From a bacterium (GTDB taxonomy: Bacteria; UBA8248), in assembly GCA_963692865.2 (NCBI GenBank), contig OY843592.1, positions 256,001 through 320,000 on the forward strand: a stretch of DNA of 64,000 nt. The letters are read 5' to 3'. Position 1 is the first letter of the stretch. Each line of letters begins with the position of its first letter. The notes below the pieces were generated by a model, which did no database searches, had not been told where the DNA came from, and saw only the letters and a list, made by a program, of their open reading frames with translations. Made by a program: the position numbers and the translations under genes. Positions 59,622-64,000 of the stretch are shown one piece after another.

Positions 59622-59837
59622 TCAACCGGCCCTGAACGAGCGCAGCGGCAGGGCTTCGGTCTCCAGCGTGGAAAGATCGAGACGCCGCGACGCATGGTCG
59701 ATGTCGAAACCAATCACGCCGCCGCCTGCGTCGAGGTCGACGTTCAGTCCGTCTGAAACCTCGCGCGTCTCCGCGCCTGATCCGGACTTGAACTCGATAT
59801 ACAGGCTGTCGGTGTCAGGATAATAGTGCAGCTTCAT
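59622..59837 (-). CDS. DUF2283-family putative antitoxin
   Basis: MKLHYYPDTDSLYIEF..LNVDLDAGGGVIGFDIDHAS. Confidence 0.85.
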   Translation of the reverse strand: MKLHYYPDTDSLYIEFKSGSGAETREVSDGLNVDLDAGGGVIGFDIDHASRRLDLSTLETEALPLRSFRAG

Positions 59838-59894
59838 GATCCATCCCTTCCGAATCTCCGGTCGCGGCAGATGGTTGCGCGTTCCCATACTTCA

Positions 59895-62800
59895 TCACAT
59901 GTTATCGTATTCTACAAGAAAACCGTCCACAAGTTCGTTGAACGCGGTCTCTATCTCGTAATAGTCGGTGAACTCGGCGAACGCCCAGCGCCCGAACCCG
60001 CCGCGCAGGTTCACTCCCGGAATCCAGTACGTGTCCATCGTCTCCTTCTTGACCTTCGCGTCTTCTCCCCGGTAGCCCTTTATCTCGACGATGAGTCGCA
60101 GCGGGTCGTCCTCCCCGCGGCCGTCGTCCACCAGCACGATGAAATCGGGGATATACGTCCGGGGGATGGCGCCGTAGCGGTAGGGAACCTCAAGCCCCAG
60201 CCCCTGGTTCTTGACGTACGCTCTTACGCGGGGGTGCGCTTCGGCGACGCGGCAGAACTCCGCCTCCCAGTCGCTGTCGCAGGCGACCCAATTGACGTGG
60301 CAGCGATTCGATGCGGTTTTATAAAGCGTCTTCTTGGTGGTGGCGAAATGGACGTGACGCGTCGAGCCGACGGGATTGTAGGGGTCGAGTACGGCCTTGA
60401 CGGGGCTTGCGCCACTTTCCGCGCGCGTGATGGCGGCGGCGATGCGTTCGCACGCCATGTCGGCAAGCTCCCGGTGCATGAGCTGGGCGGGGTATGTACT
60501 ACCCTTGCAGACGAGATGCGCCTCCAGCCACTCGCGCGTAATGCGCTTGAGTTGACCGAAAAGGTGGAGTTTCGGCTCTTCTCCGGCGTCGCGCCACTTG
60601 GTGTAGAGCAGATGCTGTGTCAAATGAAACAGGAGGGTCGAGCGCCGCAATTCGTCGGTATGAACCAGATTGAGGTCCACCCCCTCGCCGATGATGCCCT
60701 CGTTCCGGGTGATGGACGGGCCGGTGAGGCCGGGCGTGAGCTCCAGCGTCGAATCGGCGTCGAACTCGGCCCGCAGGCGCTCCTCGGGCAACTCGACGCG
60801 GTAGCCGGCCACGCGCGGGAAGCGGATTTCGCAGGCGTCGCGCTCGGGCGTCATCGCCTTGACCTGCGCCACCTTGCGCGGCGGCGCCGGTTTCGCAACG
60901 ACCGGCTTCGCCGTGAAGTCGAAAGGGATGCCCAATACGTCCGCGTACTCCACGTCGAACAGGCCCTCTTCGTTCACGTCGTAGGACTGCCGCCGCAGCG
61001 CACGCCCGACCACCTGCTCGCAGAGGAGTTGCGTGCCGAAGGCGCGCACGCCGAGGATGTGGGTTACCGTGTTCGCGTCCCACCCTTCGGTGAGCATGGA
61101 CACCGACACCACGCACCGGATCGAACCTCCCAGCGAACCGGGTTTTCCCACGGTGTTCATGACCTCGCGCAGCAGGTCCTGATCGCTCATATTCTCGGCC
61201 TGCCTGCGGTCGCCCGTGCGCTGGACGATCTCGCGGCGGAAGCGCTCGATCTCGTCCGCCGCCATCGCGCGGAAGTTCCTGTCGAGCGCCTGGCCGGATT
61301 CGAGTTGCTCGCTGTCGATCAAGAGCGTGCGCGGGCGGGCGAGGGCGGCTCCATGCTCGTCGAAGTTTCGGAACAATTCGAGGCGGCCGTTTTCCAGCGT
61401 CGTTGCGCCGTCGGGGTTATCGCGCAGGAAGCCGGAGATGTAGTCGTAGACCAGCTTCGAGGTCGAGGTGTTGTTGCAGACGACGATGAAGCACGGCGGC
61501 ACCTCGATTTGCGCCTCTCGCCACAACGCGAATATCTTTTCGTAATGACCGTAGAGGGCTTCCAGCGCCACCTGGAGCTTGAGAGGGATCGCCAGCGGAT
61601 CGAGGCCCGACGCCTTGCCGCGGCCCTTCTTCGGCATCTCCTTGCCGATGTGCTCCCACAGGTTGCGGAACGTCGGCATATCGCCGCCGGGGATGTTGTC
61701 CGCCACCGGCACGCGGGGCAGCTTGACGATACCGCACTCGATGGCGTCCATGAGCGAGAAATCGCACGTCGTCCAAGGGAACAGCGTCCCTTCCGCGTAG
61801 CCGGAGCCGCGCAGGAAGAACGGCGTGGCCGAGAGGTCGACCACCCGGCTCAGGCCGAGCTTGTCCTCTACTATCTCCAGCCCGGATATCCAGAGGCGGG
61901 CCGCTTCGCGGTTCTTTTCCGCCTCCTTGCGGTCGTCGCCCGTCAGGACGCCTTCGTCGCCCTCGCCCGGTTTCTCGCGGTAGCAGTGGTGCGCCTCGTC
62001 GTTCAGCGCCATGACGTTCTTCATGCTCATGAGCTCGGGCATCACCCGCTGGAGCATCTGCCCTTCGGTCTCGACCGAGCGCAGTTCGGGGCCTCTGCCC
62101 TGGAGGAGGGCGCGGCCCCCCTTCGAGACCTCCATCGTCTCCCGGAGCTTGAAGGCGTGGAAGTTGGTGATGACGATCTTCGCCCGGTCGAGGTCGCGCA
62201 GCATGTCGCCCGGAACCAGTTCCCGGCTCCGGTAGTAGCTGTGCGGGTCGTTGGGCTGGAGCACGCGGAGGCGGTCCCGAATCGTCAGGCCGGGGGTTAC
62301 GACGAGGAAACCGCGCGTGAAGCTGCGGCTGTTCGGGCGGCGGACCGCGTTTATCGTTTGCCACGCGATCAGCATGGCCATGACGGTGGTCTTGCCCGCG
62401 CCGGTGGCGAGCTTGACCGCCAACCGCGACAGCTTGGGGTTGGCGTCTTTGTTTGCGTCCGCCAGGTGGTCGAGGAATCCCTTTCCGGTCCGGCCCGCCT
62501 GGGGCGCGACTTCCGTCAGCCAGATCACGGTCTCGGCCGCTTCGATCTGGCAGAAGAAAGGCCGGAAACCGCCGAACTTGTGATGCCGCCAATGCTTGAG
62601 CAGCCGGGCCGTCTCGGGCGTCACCCGCCACTGCGTTTCCGGCAGCGCCCTCCATTCATCGACGGCGCGGCGAATGCTGTTGATGGTCTGTATCAATTCG
62701 TATTGCTGGCTCTCGGTTTCAAGACGGCTCGCGTCCTCATCGAACGCCAGTTCGCGCTGGGTTCGTTTTTGCTTCCTGGGTTCGGGGATCGGCGTGATGA

Positions 62801-62927
62801 ACGAAACGCGGCGACGGCGCTCGATTATCCTGTCCGTGGGCTGGCCGTCCTCGTCGAGTTCCCAGTGGCGGGAGGGGTACTCGTAGGGCGAGTTGATGAT
62901 GGGGCGTTCGAAGAAGCTGTCCGTCAT
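59895..62927 (-). CDS. Type III R-M restriction subunit (Res; SF2 helicase + nuclease)
   Basis: PFFCQIEA, KLATGAGKT, NDEAHHCY, LSATP, MLTEGWD, EQVVGRALRR, YIPDFIV..VEIKG. Confidence 0.93.
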   Translation of the reverse strand: MTDSFFERPIINSPYEYPSRHWELDEDGQPTDRIIERRRRVSFITPIPEPRKQKRTQRELAFDEDASRLETESQQYELIQTINSIRRAVDEWRALPETQWRVTPETARLLKHWRHHKFGGFRPFFCQIEAAETVIWLTEVAPQAGRTGKGFLDHLADANKDANPKLSRLAVKLATGAGKTTVMAMLIAWQTINAVRRPNSRSFTRGFLVVTPGLTIRDRLRVLQPNDPHSYYRSRELVPGDMLRDLDRAKIVITNFHAFKLRETMEVSKGGRALLQGRGPELRSVETEGQMLQRVMPELMSMKNVMALNDEAHHCYREKPGEGDEGVLTGDDRKEAEKNREAARLWISGLEIVEDKLGLSRVVDLSATPFFLRGSGYAEGTLFPWTTCDFSLMDAIECGIVKLPRVPVADNIPGGDMPTFRNLWEHIGKEMPKKGRGKASGLDPLAIPLKLQVALEALYGHYEKIFALWREAQIEVPPCFIVVCNNTSTSKLVYDYISGFLRDNPDGATTLENGRLELFRNFDEHGAALARPRTLLIDSEQLESGQALDRNFRAMAADEIERFRREIVQRTGDRRQAENMSDQDLLREVMNTVGKPGSLGGSIRCVVSVSMLTEGWDANTVTHILGVRAFGTQLLCEQVVGRALRRQSYDVNEEGLFDVEYADVLGIPFDFTAKPVVAKPAPPRKVAQVKAMTPERDACEIRFPRVAGYRVELPEERLRAEFDADSTLELTPGLTGPSITRNEGIIGEGVDLNLVHTDELRRSTLLFHLTQHLLYTKWRDAGEEPKLHLFGQLKRITREWLEAHLVCKGSTYPAQLMHRELADMACERIAAAITRAESGASPVKAVLDPYNPVGSTRHVHFATTKKTLYKTASNRCHVNWVACDSDWEAEFCRVAEAHPRVRAYVKNQGLGLEVPYRYGAIPRTYIPDFIVLVDDGRGEDDPLRLIVEIKGYRGEDAKVKKETMDTYWIPGVNLRGGFGRWAFAEFTDYYEIETAFNELVDGFLVEYDNM

Positions 62928-63118
62928 TTCCGCAGTCTCCGGTATTCACTTCCAGAAATCATCGCAGCGCTCTTCATCGTCCGATGGATTCGTGAAGCCC
63001 AAGGAAAACGCCCCGAATCGTCGGTGAGCCGGAACAAGCAAGTCTCCGCAGTCTTATGCGTTCAGAAGATAGGGAGTTTGGGGCGCATGCGCAAGTAGTA
63101 CCGGGCGGCGCGGAGATA

Positions 63119-63574
63119 CGCCCGGAGCGGGCGGGGGCAAGCGTCCGCCAACGGCGGGCGGGACGGCGGTTTTTTGCAGGGGCCGCTCGTGAACGGCGCG
63201 CGTTCGCGAACGGCGGGGGGCCGTTGGAAAAGTCCTCGCCGGAACCAACCCCCCTACCCCCCCTTGTCGGGACTGTTGAAAAAGCCTCGCTTCGCTTGGG
63301 ATTGACCTTCGCCTTTGCTCGTCATTCCAGCGAAAGCCGGAATCCAGAGCCGATGTGGATTTCGAACCGCAGGACGACCATGAAAAACAATCATGCGAAA
63401 AGACACGAATTCAAAAGCAAAGTCCCTGGATTCCGGCATGCGCCGGAATGACGGCGTGTAATCTCGATTGTAGGGACCGCATATCATGCGGCCCTGCCTT
63501 TTCGCCTTCACAATGCGGGTCGCATGATATGCGACCCCTACAACCAAATTGTCTCTCTCCGGCTTTTTCAACAA
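63119..63574. repeat. Right direct repeat of type III R-M island
   Basis: Matches 54676-55025; retains full CGTC double palindrome (63321-63452). Confidence 0.9.
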
Positions 63575-63606
63575 GCCCTTGTCAGGGGGCAGGCGATGCC
63601 CCCGCC

Positions 63607-64000
63607 TCACCCCTCCACCCGCGCGCCGCTGTCGCCGTCGAACAGATGGGCGTTTTCCACCTCGAAGAACACCCGTATCTGCTCGCCCACCCGCGCGCGG
63701 AAATGGCCCTCCTCCTTCACGGTGAGCACCTCTCCTGCGATGTCCAGGGCGACGAAGGTGTCCGACCCCAAAGGCTCCACGAGCTCCACCCGGCCCTCGG
63801 CGGAGACGAGGCGCTGCCCGTCCTCCTGAAAACCCAGGTGCTCGGGGCGGAAGCCGAGGGTGTAGCTCTCTCCCTCCCGGCACGCTTGCGGCAGCGGGAA
63901 GCTTAAGCCGCCCGCTTCGAGTTCGAGGCCCCCCTCCGCCCGCCGGGCGCGGCCCTCGATGAAGTTCATGGCCGGACTCCCCAGAAACCCCGCCACGAAG
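63607..64000 (-). CDS. Sugar-type ABC ATP-binding subunit, C-terminal TOBE part (partial)
   Basis: FVAGFLGSPAMNF, LGFRPEH, VEPLGSDT, HLFD. Confidence 0.9.
   Translation of the reverse strand, partial: FVAGFLGSPAMNFIEGRARRAEGGLELEAGGLSFPLPQACREGESYTLGFRPEHLGFQEDGQRLVSAEGRVELVEPLGSDTFVALDIAGEVLTVKEEGHFRARVGEQIRVFFEVENAHLFDGDSGARVEG

Noticed and set aside
59826-63098. Very long antisense ORFs (1090 aa here; also 25743-28412, 55183-56799, 16428-17870)
   Set aside because: They are shadow frames of well-supported genes on the opposite strand, expected in high-GC DNA
9000-63600. CRISPR array among the many palindromic repeats
   Set aside because: The repeats are dispersed or paired as inverted doublets, not regularly spaced direct repeats with unique spacers, and no cas genes are present

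Overview
GC-rich bacterial chromosomal window. The housekeeping backbone is serS (3' part), two tRNA-Ser genes, ffs-dnaX-ybaB-recR, fhs and a PPi-type pfk. Around it lie many uptake and catabolic operons: two tripartite tricarboxylate transporters, Fe3+/polyamine-type and sulfonate/nitrate-type ABC systems, amidase, M20 peptidases, AtuA/DUF4387, MmgE/PrpD, MBL-fold proteins and cupins. Several lower-GC defence inserts are present: higBA, a type II R-M pair, an uncharacterised two-gene module, darTG and a type III R-M island. The strongest hidden signal is three genes that the ORF track splits at an in-frame TGA sitting exactly at a catalytic-Cys position, i.e. probable selenoproteins. These are an adjacent OsmC-like plus DUF442/Blh-like pair (12000-13046, both with SECIS-like hairpins) and an AhpD/CMD protein with CxxU (37371-38024). 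Other unusual structure: the type III R-M island is bracketed by ~350-bp direct repeats with no recombinase and carries a DUF1828 gene pair and toxin-deleted antitoxins between res and mod. Intergenic DNA is a mosaic of MITE/REP modules, a 56-bp AT-rich element recurs three times, and there is a tandem pair of membrane-anchored 11-residue-repeat coiled-coil genes. All family assignments are from motif recognition by eye; no searches were run.
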